Origin: Nitrospirota bacterium | GTDB lineage: Bacteria; Nitrospirota; UBA9217 | Reading direction: 5' to 3' | Length of the DNA: 64,000 bases | NCBI GenBank assembly: GCA_963749655.1 | Contig: CAVVOB010000013.1 | Location: 262,685-326,684, forward strand | Shown here: positions 10,639 to 21,554 of the stretch, in pieces | Position numbering within the stretch: the first letter of the stretch is position 1 | Layout: every line of letters begins with the position of its first letter | The notes under the pieces: model-generated | Database searches by the model: none | What the model saw: only the letters and a program-made list of their open reading frames with translations | Told to the model about the DNA's origin: nothing | Made by a program: the position numbers and the translations under genes

Positions 10639-10826
10639 GCGTCCTGCCTAACCCGGACAAGCCGGAAACAAACAAAAGACAAAACCGTCTCGCGCAAAGA
10701 CGCCAAGTTCGCAAAGAAAGGCAGAATCACAGGCTTTAAGACCGAGACCTGGATTTCCTTTGCGTCCTTTGCGACTTTGCGCGAAATTATTTATTTTTAT
10801 AAGAATCACCAATTCAGTGTTAGATA

Positions 10827-11282
10827 TTATCCGCCGAACCACGGACCCAGAATGGGCAGCGGAATGCCCAGACCCTTCAGGAATATCAAAATACAGCTCA
10901 CGGTCAGCACGAGAGCCATGGTGAGCGAAGTTCTCCATCTGAACATACTGCTGGCATAGGCACTGATGATGACGAGGGCGGGCAAGGCGACGGCCAGGCC
11001 GGCGCCGCGGACGATAAGGCCGAATACGAGTGTTGCGCCGGGGACCAGCACGAGACCCTTGACCGTTATTCTGCCGACGGGAGTGCCCGGCCGGATGAAC
11101 GAACGCGCCAGGGAGATGATTCCGATCACGATCAGAAGGATGCTGAGAACGACGGGGAAGAAGGCCGGTCCCATTTTGCGCGGGGTGCCCATGCCGTAGT
11201 CGCGGCCGATGATGATCGCGGCGGCGCCGAAGGCTATATAGATCAACCCGGTCCAGAAATCTTTCGGATTGCGTGATGACAT
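10827..11282 (-). CDS. tctB: Tripartite tricarboxylate transporter small subunit
   Basis: MGPAFFP motif, 4 TM, between tctC and tctA. Confidence 0.9.
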   Translation of the reverse strand: MSSRNPKDFWTGLIYIAFGAAAIIIGRDYGMGTPRKMGPAFFPVVLSILLIVIGIISLARSFIRPGTPVGRITVKGLVLVPGATLVFGLIVRGAGLAVALPALVIISAYASSMFRWRTSLTMALVLTVSCILIFLKGLGIPLPILGPWFGG

Positions 11283-11430
11283 GGCTTCTCTGTCCAGTTC
11301 TTCGTTTTGCCGCAACGGCAAGCAAGATCAAAAATAAATGTTGACGGGATAACAGGATCAAATCAAATACATAAAGGTATCCTGTAAATCCTGTTATCCT
11401 GTCGAATGAGTATTTTGTCGTGTCCCGGAC

Positions 11431-12405
11431 TTAATCCGCGTAAACGCCGGCCTTCTTGATGATCGGCGCCCACTTGTCGATCTCGGCCTTGAGGTGCTTG
11501 CGCAGCGCTTCGGGCGTGGCGGCTTCTTTTGACGCCGGTACCGTGCCCAGGTCGTCAAAACGTTTTATCAGCGTAGGATTCGCGAGCGCTGTCTGCAATG
11601 CGTTGACGAGCTTGTCAATAATGGGTTTCGGCGTTCCCTTCGGCGCGTACAGGCCCTGCCACACCGAGACCTCGAAACCGGGCAATCCGGCCTCCTGCAG
11701 CGTCGGCACGTCGGGCAGCGCGGAAACCCGTTTTTTGGTCGTCACGCCGTAGACCTTGACCTTGCCGGCCTTGATCTGACTCACGGTGTTGCTGGTCTGG
11801 TCGCACATGAAATCCACCTGGCCGCCGAGTAGGTCGTTCATGGCCGGGCCCGTGCCTTTATAGGGAATGGTCGTGAAGTCCGTCTGGATCGCCGACATGA
11901 AGAGCATGCCGCAGAGGTGCGAAGCGGCGCCCAGCCCGGCATTGGCCATGTTGACCTTCTCCTTGTTGGCTTTGATGTAGGCGATCATTTCCTTGAGGTC
12001 CTTGGCCGGAAAATCCTTGCGCGCGACCAGCGTCATCGCCACGTCGCCGATCATGCCGATGGGTTCGAAATCATTGATCGTGTCATAGGGCAGCTTGCGG
12101 TAGAGTGAGGGGGCCGTGGAAAAACCGATATGGTGGAAGAAGATCGTGTAACCGTCGGGCGGGGAACCGGCCACCCGCGTAGCAGCCACAGTGCCTCCTG
12201 CGCCGGCCACATTCTCCACGATGACCTGGGTTTTGAGCGCTTCACCCATGTACTGGGCGAGCAAACGGGCCGAGGTATCGGTCGGTCCTCCTGCAGAGAA
12301 GGGGACGATGATGGTGATTACTTTTGAAGGATACTGCTCCGCATAGGCCTGTGACACACCGAGAGCAACAAGACAAACAAGCAGCTGCATCAGCTTCTTA
12401 AGCAT
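11431..12405 (-). CDS. tctC: TTT substrate-binding protein (Bug/TctC)
   Basis: Signal peptide, IVPFSAGGPTD, ENVAGAGG, YKGTGPA motifs. Confidence 0.95.
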   Translation of the reverse strand: MLKKLMQLLVCLVALGVSQAYAEQYPSKVITIIVPFSAGGPTDTSARLLAQYMGEALKTQVIVENVAGAGGTVAATRVAGSPPDGYTIFFHHIGFSTAPSLYRKLPYDTINDFEPIGMIGDVAMTLVARKDFPAKDLKEMIAYIKANKEKVNMANAGLGAASHLCGMLFMSAIQTDFTTIPYKGTGPAMNDLLGGQVDFMCDQTSNTVSQIKAGKVKVYGVTTKKRVSALPDVPTLQEAGLPGFEVSVWQGLYAPKGTPKPIIDKLVNALQTALANPTLIKRFDDLGTVPASKEAATPEALRKHLKAEIDKWAPIIKKAGVYAD

Positions 12406-12656
12406 AGCCCACCTCCGTTATGGTATGGTTAGTGCCCGTTTATTCCGAGACAAATTCTTGCATCCTGTAGGGAAACTATAGGGAAATGCCTGATCAGTGT
12501 CAAGGGAATAAATTGAGCCGACAGGGCTGTCTTCATCAAATGAGGGTTGTTGATTCGGAAAGTCCCTTCGTAAAAAAAATCCTCTCCCGGCTCATGCCGG
12601 GAGAGGAAAGCGAAACACTGCTTTGCACAAGGTTTACCTGCGTCGCAGTCTGCCGG

Positions 12657-13208
12657 TTAATCCGATGCAACCACGAAATCACATCTTCTGTTCTTCTGCC
12701 AGCATGCTTCGGTGCCTTCGGTGCAGACCGGTTTTTCCTTGCCGTAGCTGATGAGGGAGATGCGGCTTCCCGCTGCACCCAGCCCGGCCAGATACTGTTT
12801 CGCGCTCGCTGCGCGCCGCTGGCCCAGGGCCTGGTTGTATTCATTGGCGCCCCGCTCGTCGCAGTTTCCTTCAATTTTGATCTTTGCCTTCGGATTCGCC
12901 TTGAGCCATTCCGCATTCGCCTTCATCACCTCTCTGGCTTCGTCACGAATGCCCGATCTGTCGTAATCGAAATAGACAGGTTTCAACCCGGCTGCTGCCA
13001 GGGCCGAGCGCTCCTGCGAGTCCGCCGCAGCATCGCCGGTCTTTGCTGTGTCCGGGGCGGATGCCGCTGCCGGCGCCGCGGGAGCAGCCACTGTTTCCTG
13101 CTGAGCCTCCGGTGCGCTGGTCACTTCGGTTTTCTTCGGGCAACCCCACAAGGTCAGCGCCCCGCATACCAGTATCATCGTCATGAACAACATCTTTTTG
13201 TTCGTCAT
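12657..13208 (-). CDS. pal: Peptidoglycan-associated lipoprotein (OmpA domain)
   Basis: Lipobox LWGC, VYFDYD, IEGNCDERG..YNQALGQRRA, SYGKEKP; no tol genes adjacent. Confidence 0.92.
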   Translation of the reverse strand: MTNKKMLFMTMILVCGALTLWGCPKKTEVTSAPEAQQETVAAPAAPAAASAPDTAKTGDAAADSQERSALAAAGLKPVYFDYDRSGIRDEAREVMKANAEWLKANPKAKIKIEGNCDERGANEYNQALGQRRAASAKQYLAGLGAAGSRISLISYGKEKPVCTEGTEACWQKNRRCDFVVASD

Positions 13209-13378
13209 CGTTTTCTCCTTTTGCTTGTGATTTAATTCATCGTGTTTGACCGCGCTCCGGACACGAACATCCATCCGGCGCAGCGACAGTAAACATGGTC
13301 ATCTTCGGGCCGGCACAATACCCGGTCATTTTCTGATGTCTGACTTCGTAACGGCTGTGGTTGGCTTTTCTGATTGAG

Positions 13379-13834
13379 CTAGGAGAGAAAAAAAGGCGGA
13401 GATACTCCGGTGCTGAAGAAATAGTAATCAGGGGATTGACGGTGGATCAGGTCCCGGGGAATATCGTAGGAGAACGCGATCGGCAGGGGGTGTTCAACGT
13501 CGCCTAGGGCGATGCAACCGGTTCGGACGGGCGGGTTCACAAAAAACGCCTTTTCCGTCACGGCGCGTTTCTTTTTGACAAGGACCATGTCATCATCCGG
13601 CGCTGAATGTTGATATTGTTCAACGCCGGTGCACACGAGACTGCGCCCCTCGTTGGTCAACGCGTCGAGTACGACATCCATCCAGAGGATCCCGACTTTG
13701 ATGCTGCTGCACGATGCTCCTGCCGGTCCGGTCGCGTCAACCTGGTTCGGGAGAACCGCATAGAGCGGAGACAGCGCATAGGCGCTGAAGACGAGCAGGG
13801 TGATGACGGCACAGGAATGAAATTTTTTGTGCAT
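13379..13834 (-). CDS. Hypothetical exported protein ending in TGVSPP
   Basis: N-terminal hydrophobic segment after MHKK; LVKKKRAV; start uncertain. Confidence 0.6.
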   Translation of the reverse strand: MHKKFHSCAVITLLVFSAYALSPLYAVLPNQVDATGPAGASCSSIKVGILWMDVVLDALTNEGRSLVCTGVEQYQHSAPDDDMVLVKKKRAVTEKAFFVNPPVRTGCIALGDVEHPLPIAFSYDIPRDLIHRQSPDYYFFSTGVSPPFFLS

Positions 13835-13995
13835 AACGTCGGCATTATAATGCGGAACTTTAGCTGATGCAAGCGCTATTCTTACGACGGAACAATACCG
13901 GCAGCAATCGCATGCATCGTGCATATCCAATTTTTTCTCCTCCGCAGAGTGGACGCCCGGTAATTCCTGCTCAAGCCCTTTTGACGCACCTGCTT

Positions 13996-14042
13996 CAATC
14001 CCGCGCCTTGGCATCCTCCGGCTCCTGCCGGGGGTGGAAAGC
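13996..14042. repeat. 47-bp dispersed repeat, copy 1
   Basis: 45/47 identical to 16065-16111; internal hairpin CCGGC-TCCT-GCCGG. Confidence 0.85.
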
Positions 14043-14306
14043 ATCAGCTACAGACGTAACGGGTAACGACTGACAGATTGGGTAAAAAGAAAACGCATCT
14101 TGAAGCTGCGCTGCGATGCAGGATTGTCGCATCGAGACTGCGATCACCCTGCTGCACAGGAAGGCCGCTTACACGATGCCGGGCCCGGGGAAAAAGAAAA
14201 CCCGGAGACGTTGTTTCCTCCCGTGCCTCGTCTCTTTCGCTGTTGAAAAAGAGAAAGCATCGCTGGAAACAGCATTCCCCAGGGTGTTTTTCATGCCGAT
14301 GATCGC

Positions 14307-15236
14307 TTATCGGATCAACGATTCCTGTACCAGTCCGCACTGGAGGGTCTGGCTCGCCTTGGCTTTCAGCACAAGCTCTTCAGGAAATTTGTATTTTGCG
14401 CTGTACTGGTCGGGGGACAGCAGGCGGAAGCCTATAAAGGGACGTTTGATCCACGGAGAATATCTGACCCGCAGCGTCGGCTGAAGGGACTGTGGATTGT
14501 CATCCCACGAACCGCCGCGCAGGACGCGGTAAATCCCGCCCGACGGCCCTTCCGGGTTGTACTGCGGGCTGTTCCGGTAATAGTCCGTTCTATACCAGTC
14601 GGCGGTCCATTCCCAGACGCTCCCCTGCATATCGTAGATGCCGAGGCTGTTCGGCTCGGACCCTCCGACGGGATGAAGAACGTTCTTAGTGCCCGATCCC
14701 GGGGATGCCGCATCCGCGGTAACGCTCTTTTCCTGAGTCATGCCGCTGCGGACGGCGAATTCCCACTCGGCCTCGGTCGGTAAGCGATAGGTTTTCCCGG
14801 TTCGTACGCTCAGGCGACGGATGAATTCCTGGGCATCGTGCCAGCTCACATCCACTACCGGGCAGTCGTCGCCGCAGCTGTTTACCGTGGACGGATTGCT
14901 CCCCATGATCTCGCGCCACTGGGCCTGGGTAACTTCGTATTTCCCTATGTAATAGTCGTCAACGCATACCTGGTGAGCCGGGCTTGCGTCGCGCAATCCC
15001 TCGCCGGGGTTGACGCCCATGCAATAGCAGCCCCCGGTAACATGGATGAACTCCAGGTCGGAGCTCGAATCTCCGGCCGTGGGAGTTGTGCTGCCCGGAG
15101 AAACTGCCGGGATTGAAGACGTGTACGCAGCCGATGCTATAATCGGCATATGTTCGGGCAGATCCACGCACGCCTGTGACTCTGCTGCAGCCTGGACCAG
15201 CATCATACTGAATAAAAGAAAGAACACCTTTTTCAT
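14307..15236 (-). CDS. Formylglycine-generating enzyme (SUMF1/FGE-sulfatase) family protein, exported
   Basis: KYEVTQAQW, RLPTEAEWE, GIYDMQGSVWEW, RGGSW; signal peptide. Confidence 0.9.
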   Translation of the reverse strand: MKKVFFLLFSMMLVQAAAESQACVDLPEHMPIIASAAYTSSIPAVSPGSTTPTAGDSSSDLEFIHVTGGCYCMGVNPGEGLRDASPAHQVCVDDYYIGKYEVTQAQWREIMGSNPSTVNSCGDDCPVVDVSWHDAQEFIRRLSVRTGKTYRLPTEAEWEFAVRSGMTQEKSVTADAASPGSGTKNVLHPVGGSEPNSLGIYDMQGSVWEWTADWYRTDYYRNSPQYNPEGPSGGIYRVLRGGSWDDNPQSLQPTLRVRYSPWIKRPFIGFRLLSPDQYSAKYKFPEELVLKAKASQTLQCGLVQESLIR

Positions 15237-15603
15237 ACCATCCTCCCCTTTCCATTATTGATCATGTGCAGGAAAAGCCCCAGGATCAATTTTTCCCCAT
15301 GGCAATACTGTGGTATTCGATGAAGCTATTATGACGTGAAGATAAAATCATGCTGCTCAAGCTATCATATTAAAGTCACCTCCTCGTGATGCCGGTGTCG
15401 TGTTGATACCATCCGACCTTGGTTCCATGATCGCTCAGGAGTCGAAAAGTATGCGGCAGGACATGGTGATGAAGTAGATGGCGAAGCAGACGATTTGATT
15501 TACCTGGGTTGTCAATGCTGATTCGATTGCCCGACGCAGTACTGTAGAGAATGCAGATGAGTATGATTGTTGGTTTCCTCCATCGCAATATAGTGCGTTA
15601 CGT

Positions 15604-15619
15604 TGCATTTTAAATGCCA
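15604..15619 (-). promoter_or_regulatory. Candidate sigma54 -24/-12 promoter
   Basis: Minus strand TGGCAT-TTAAA-ATGCA (GG-N10-GC) with AT-rich upstream DNA, facing the FGE gene. Confidence 0.5.
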
Positions 15620-16064
15620 TGATGGTTGTTGTTTTTCTATCCTATTGATAAGAAGCTCGTAATAATATTTAAACCATTTTTTCGCCCTCAAGCCGGCCTA
15701 AAAAATTGTATGGTACTCACTGCAGCAAACAGCATCCAGAAAGTGTAAAAGTGAGCACAGACAATGAAAAATCAAGACGTTTTAATTTGTATGAATTTGC
15801 ATACAGGAAAAGACTCGAAACTGCGGTCTTAGGGTATATGATCACGATGAAGTTGGAGACTTAGCAGAGGTGTCTTCTCAAAGGCAGAAATGGCTGCTGG
15901 TTCGAATTGAAGGAACAGCCTTTCCTGATTGAAGGAGCCGTTCTCCGTTCGGTTTTGAAAAGGACGATGGAGGGAAACGGCTGTCCCGTTTTTTGGAACA
16001 GCCGACATGGGGAGCAATTGCGGACATGGTGGAGACAGGACAGGGAGATTGCGTTCGTTCTCCG

Positions 16065-16111
16065 CAATCCCGCGCCTTGGCATCGCCCGGCTCCTGCCGG
16101 GGGTGGAAAGC
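16065..16111. repeat. 47-bp dispersed repeat, copy 2
   Basis: Same orientation as 13996-14042; followed by a long hairpin at ~16116-16153. Confidence 0.85.
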
Positions 16112-16414
16112 GCTCACTCGCGCGTGACACGAACGTGTCACGCATGCGCGAGTTCGCAGTTCCACCTGGCACTCCGTGCATCCGCACTCGTAAACGCCGG
16201 GTGCAGGCGGGAGGTCGTCATGACTTTGAGTCCCGACAAGTCGGGATGCCGGAGGGGGCTCCACTAAACGAGAATATTTCGCGCAGAAACGCAGAGACGC
16301 GTATAAGATCAATGCGGAATTCGGAATGCGGAATTGAAAAGAATGGGCGGAGTTTCCCCTCGCGCTCAGCGACTCAGCGCGAGAAATAGGATTTAATCCG
16401 TTCTGTTTGCGGTG

Positions 16415-17065
16415 CTACGGATTGATCAGGAAGTCTTCGGACTCGGTCCTGCCGCTTGTCACCGTCACCCTCCGTCCCGCGACCTTCAGTTTTCCCTCGG
16501 CAAAGAGCTGGATGGCCCGGGAAAAGATCTTGTGCTCCTGCTTCAATATCCGGGCTGCAAGGGTATCCTCGGTGTCGTTGTCCAGAACAGGCACCGCGGC
16601 CTGGATGATGATCGGCCCGGTGTCCATGCCCTCGTCCACAAAATGCACGGTGCACCCTGAGAACTTGACGCCGTGCTCGATGGCGGCCTTCTGAACGTGG
16701 AGACCGGGAAAGGACGGCAGCAGGGCGGGATGGATGTTCATGATGCGGTTCGGGAACGCGCTCACGAGGGCCTTTGTGATGATCCTCATGAAACCGGCAA
16801 GGATCACGAGATCGACGGCATGTTTCCTGAGCTCCTGCACCAGCAATCCGTCATATTCCTCACGCCTGCCCCTGTATCCCTTCGCGCTCAGATGGACCGC
16901 GGTGATGTGGTGCTTCCGCGCCCGCTCGAGAGCAAAGGCATCAGCCTGGTCGCTGATTACGACGGCCACCTCGGCGGACAGTTCGTCCTGTTCAATATGA
17001 TCGATGATTGCCTGAAGATTGGATCCGCGGCCCGAGACGAGGACGCCGAGTCTGACCTTTTTCAT
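16415..17065 (-). CDS. purN: Phosphoribosylglycinamide formyltransferase
   Basis: SGRGSNLQA, LAGFMRI, NIHPALLP, HFVDEGMDTGPII. Confidence 0.97.
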   Translation of the reverse strand: MKKVRLGVLVSGRGSNLQAIIDHIEQDELSAEVAVVISDQADAFALERARKHHITAVHLSAKGYRGRREEYDGLLVQELRKHAVDLVILAGFMRIITKALVSAFPNRIMNIHPALLPSFPGLHVQKAAIEHGVKFSGCTVHFVDEGMDTGPIIIQAAVPVLDNDTEDTLAARILKQEHKIFSRAIQLFAEGKLKVAGRRVTVTSGRTESEDFLINP

Positions 17066-17205
17066 GAGAACCTCTGAAGAGCGAGTAGCAAGGAGCAAGT
17101 AGCAAGTAGCAAGGAACGACCATCTTCGAGACCGCGTTCCGGGTACGTTGACCCTAGGACCCTCGTGTACCCTAATCGTTGCCCCTGGACCCCCGACCCT
17201 GGACC

Positions 17206-18237
17206 CTATCTTTCTATGTACTTCACGACCTGTTTTCCCTTGGCGATTTCGCCGATGACAGAGGCCTTTTCGCCGAGTTTCGCGGCTTTCTTCACGAGGG
17301 CTTCGGCCTGCTTCTTCGGCACGGCCAGGATCATGCCCAGGCCCATGTTGAAGTCGCGGTACATCTCGTCGTCGTTGACGCCCGCCTTTTTCTGGATGAG
17401 CCGGAAGATGGGAGGAATGTCCCAGGTCCCTTTTTTGATCACGGCCTGCGCTCCCTTCGGCAGCATGCGGGGCGTGTTCTCGGTGATCCCGCCGCCGGTG
17501 ATGTGGGCCATGCCGCGGATGTCGAATTCCTTCATGAGCGCGGCTATGGTCTTCGCATAGATCCGCGTGGGAGTGAGCAGGACCTCGCCGAGAGTGCCCT
17601 GGCCCAGCTCGGTGAGAGTGTCTCCCACACCGTAGCCGGCTTTTTCGAAGAGGGCTTTACGCACAAGCGAGTATCCGTTGCTGTGGAGCCCCGATGACGC
17701 AAGGCCGACGAGGACGTCGCCCGGCTTGATTTTCGCACCGTTGACGATCTTCTTCTTTTCCACCACCCCCACGGCGAAGCCCGCCAGGTCATATTCGTTC
17801 TCGGCGTAGAAGGACGGCATCTCGGCCGTTTCGCCGCCGATGAGCGCGCAGCCCGCCTGCTTGCAGCCCGCGGCGATGCCCTTGACGATGTCCGAATGTT
17901 CCTGGGGCTTGAGTTTGCCCGTGGCAAAGTAATCGAGGAAAAAGAGGGGTTCCGCTCCCTGGACGACGATGTCGTTCACGCACATGGCAACCAGGTCTAT
18001 ACCCACCGTGTCGTGCCGGTTCATGAGGAAGGCGATCTTGAGCTTGGTGCCCACGCCGTCGGTGCCGGAGACGAGCACCGGGTCCCGGTATTTCTTGAGC
18101 GCGAAGAGGCCGCCGAAGCCGCCGATGTCCGTCAGGACCTCGGGTCGGAACGTGGACTTGACATAGGGTTTGATCTTCTCGACGAAGAGGTCTCCTGCGT
18201 CGATGTCGACGCCCGCGTCTTTATAGGTTATTGCCAT
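17206..18237 (-). CDS. purM: AIR synthetase
   Basis: YKDAGVDI, TDGVGTK, GGETAEMP, SSGLHSNGYS, HITGGG. Confidence 0.97.
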   Translation of the reverse strand: MAITYKDAGVDIDAGDLFVEKIKPYVKSTFRPEVLTDIGGFGGLFALKKYRDPVLVSGTDGVGTKLKIAFLMNRHDTVGIDLVAMCVNDIVVQGAEPLFFLDYFATGKLKPQEHSDIVKGIAAGCKQAGCALIGGETAEMPSFYAENEYDLAGFAVGVVEKKKIVNGAKIKPGDVLVGLASSGLHSNGYSLVRKALFEKAGYGVGDTLTELGQGTLGEVLLTPTRIYAKTIAALMKEFDIRGMAHITGGGITENTPRMLPKGAQAVIKKGTWDIPPIFRLIQKKAGVNDDEMYRDFNMGLGMILAVPKKQAEALVKKAAKLGEKASVIGEIAKGKQVVKYIER

Positions 18238-18356
18238 ACCTGTCCCTTCTGTCTGGAATGTTCGAAGATAGTACCCGTAACGGGGGACCCTGTCAATACG
18301 CCGGTTTGCTCCGGTGTATCCTGAACGCCGGCCGTACAAGGTCGGACCTGGGCGGG

Positions 18357-18836
18357 CTATTTGACCCTGTTCTGGATGTCCTTTACGGTTTTGTTGTTCA
18401 GGAGCTTCAGGAACCGGGGATTGGCCGCAAGGGCCGACGCATCACCCGTGTTCACCGCTTTCATGATTTCGGGGTCCTCCAGGATCTTTTGGAACTCCGG
18501 GTCGTTCTGAAGGGATTGGATCAGGGCCATAATGTCGGGATTGCTCAGCATTTTCCCCTGCAAAGTCTCCATTTCCACTGTCGCGCTTCCGGCGCTCCGC
18601 TCCGTTCCCGCTTGTCCCGGCGTGGATTGCCGGTGAATGGCACGGATGCGCGAGGCCTTGATCTTGAGGATGCCCAAGGTGGACGATCGGACGGTATAGA
18701 TGCCGTCGGTGAGCGACAGCACTTCGGCGATGACAGAGCCGCCGTCGGTAAGCTCGATTTCCTGCAAATCAGCCGCGGCGGCATGCTGCAGGGGGAGCAA
18801 TAAAGTCAGACAGCAGCAAAGGATGATCAGGCGCAT
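18357..18836 (-). CDS. Exported hypothetical protein with C-terminal STI1-like DP repeats
   Basis: Signal peptide; NPDI..NDPEF..EDPEI..NPRF helical repeats. Confidence 0.65.
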   Translation of the reverse strand: MRLIILCCCLTLLLPLQHAAAADLQEIELTDGGSVIAEVLSLTDGIYTVRSSTLGILKIKASRIRAIHRQSTPGQAGTERSAGSATVEMETLQGKMLSNPDIMALIQSLQNDPEFQKILEDPEIMKAVNTGDASALAANPRFLKLLNNKTVKDIQNRVK

Positions 18837-19146
18837 GGCGTTCTCCTGGAGCGGGGGCTTCAATGTGAGGTGAAGATTATGATAATTTGGCCTTTCTGTC
18901 AAGCCTGAAAGGGGGGGGCCATGGCACGACCGGTTATCGGCGGCCCGCCTTCACTTTTCTCTTTTCTTTGTACGGGTTCTGGTATATTATGGGGACACAT
19001 TTTTTTCTGGTTTCCGTGCGCCCTTCTGGCACGGCATGCCTCAGGTCCTGCAGTTTTTTTCGCTGAAAGCGTAAACCGGGCAGTCTTTTTCCCCCGGATC
19101 ATAATGGTTGCCGGCGAGATGGATCCCAGCCGACAGGCCTTATACG

Positions 19147-21385
19147 ATGGCATTCAGAAGATTTGAAAAATCGAGATATCCCTTCGTACTGATCGCGGCA
19201 TGGTCCGCGGTGCTGGCAGCGTCCCTCTTCTGGAATACCTACCATACCCATCAAACCAACCTCGAAAAGGCACGCATCGAAGCCCGGACCCTCTTCGAAG
19301 AGACCCTGGCATTCCGCGGATGGTCCGCGTTTCACGGCGGCGTGTATGTGCCCGTCAGCGACAAGATCCAGCCGAATCCCTATCTGACCGTTCCTGACCG
19401 GGATATCGTGACCCGGGAGGGAAGGAAATTCACCCTCGTCAATCCGGCCTGGATGACAAGGCTCGTATTCGAGCGGCTCAGCAAACAGTCTGCGCTGCCG
19501 GTCATCAACCATTTGACAAGCCTGAAATACATCAATCCGGTGAACAAACCCGACGGGTGGGAGGAAAAGGGGCTGCTGGCCTTCGAGCGGGGAGCGCGGG
19601 AAATCAGCGAAGAGGTGGTCCTCAACAACGAGCCCTACCTCAGACTGCTGAAACCGTTTATGACCGAGGAGGGGTGCCTCAAGTGCCATGGACATCAGGG
19701 GTACAAGGTCGGCGACGTGCGCGGAGGGATGAGCGTTGCCGTGCCGCTGAGGCCTTTTTTCGAAACCGGGCTCAGGGACGAGCGGGGCATGGTTGCGACC
19801 CACGGCATCCTGTGGCTCATCGGCATGGGCGGGATACTGGCGTTCGCCGGGAGGATCCAGCGGAAACAGCAGGAACTCATAACGAGCGAGAAGAACTACC
19901 GCCTCCTGTTCGAGAACAATCCCCACCCCATGTGGGTCTATGATCTCGAGTCCCTCGCTTTTCTCACGGTGAACGATGCGGCCGTAACGCACTACGGATA
20001 TTCGCGCGAGGAATTTCTTGCAATGACCATCAGGGACATCCGCCCTTCCGAGGACGTCCCCCGGCTTATGCAGAACATCGAGAACGTCACGGAGGGTGTG
20101 GACGAGGCCGGCATCTGGCAGCACCTCAAAAAGGACGGAACGATGATCTATGTGGAGATTACGTCCCATACGCTGACTGTTCGAAGGCCGGCCCGCCGAA
20201 CTGGTTATGGTCACCGATGTCTCGGAGCGCAGGAAACTCGAAGACCAGCTCCGGCACGCACAGAAAATGGAGGCCGTGGGCAGGCTCGCCGGCGGCGTCG
20301 CCCATGACTTCAACAACATCCTGACGGCCATCATCGGCTACGGAAGCCTGACCCTCATGAAGACGAAGACCGACGACCCGAGCAGGCATAATGTGGAGGA
20401 AATCATCGCAGCGGCCCACCGCGGCGCCAATCTGACCAAGGGGCTACTCGCCTTCAGCAGGAAGCAGATCATCAATCCCCGTCCCGTAAACATCAATAAT
20501 GTCATTGAGCGGGTCGGAAAGCTGCTGGTGCGGCTCATCGGCGAGGACATCAAATTCGACGCCCGATTGTCCGAAGCCGATCTTGTCGTGGTCGCCGACA
20601 GCGGTCATATGGAGCAGGTCCTGATGAACCTGGCGACCAACGCCCGGGATTCCATGCCCGACGGCGGACTGCTGCATGTGGAAACATCGCAGGTCCTGCT
20701 CGATGAAAAATTCATCGCGGCACACCGGTACGGAAAGGCGGGGGCCTACGCCCTGATCACCATGACCGATACGGGCACGGGAATGGACCGGACGACGGCG
20801 GAGCGCGTTTTTGAACCGTTTTTTACGACCAAGGAGACAGGCCGGGGGACGGGTCTCGGCCTGTCAATGGTGTATGGAATCGTGAAGCAGCACGAGGGCT
20901 ACATCAATGTCTACACCGAGCCGGGGATGGGCACCACCTTCAAGATCTATCTCCCTCTCGCAGCGTCGTCGATTGCCGCGGAGAAGCCTTTACAGCAGTC
21001 GGAGCCGGTCCGGGGCAGGGGCGAGACGGTGCTTATCGCCGAAGACGATGAGCCGCTCCGGCGGCTTGCGTCATCGGTACTGCGGGAGTTCGGATATGGC
21101 GTGATAGAGGCAATCGACGGCGAGGACGCGCTGGAGAAGCTTCGGGAGGAGAAGGACCGGGTGCAGCTTCTCCTGCTCGATGTCATCATGCCGAAAAAGA
21201 ACGGCAGGGAAGTATACGAGGAAGCCAGGCTGCTGAAACCCGGCATCAAGGTCCTTTTCGCAAGCGGCTACACGGCGGACATCGTAAATAAGAAGGGGAT
21301 CCTCGACGAAGGGCAGGACTTTGTATCCAAGCCTGTTTCGCCGGGAGAACTGCTGAAAAAGATACGGGAGGTGCTCGACAAGTAA
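19147..21385 (+). CDS. Hybrid sensor kinase (DUF3365-type c-heme sensor, PAS, HisKA/HATPase, REC), frameshifted near 20178
   Basis: CLKCH in periplasmic domain, [25 protein letters not shown], receiver LLDVIMP; two ORFs offset by +1. Confidence 0.88.
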
Positions 21386-21554
21386 GCCGGATCCCGCGCC
21401 ATTTTGAATGGTTGGCGGTGCAGGCAGGGACGATAGAATCAAAAGCTCCTTGAAAAAAGAGGTCTGCTCGATAGCAGAGGCGCTGATCCAAAATAGGGGA
21501 GCAAAAAAACAGAGAGGCAAGACTTTGATGTTACAAAAGGGATAAGGGGGGGCT

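Noticed and set aside
6344-16400. Integrative element or prophage at tRNA-Ala
   Set aside because: No integrase, phage or conjugation genes, and no distal att copy seen
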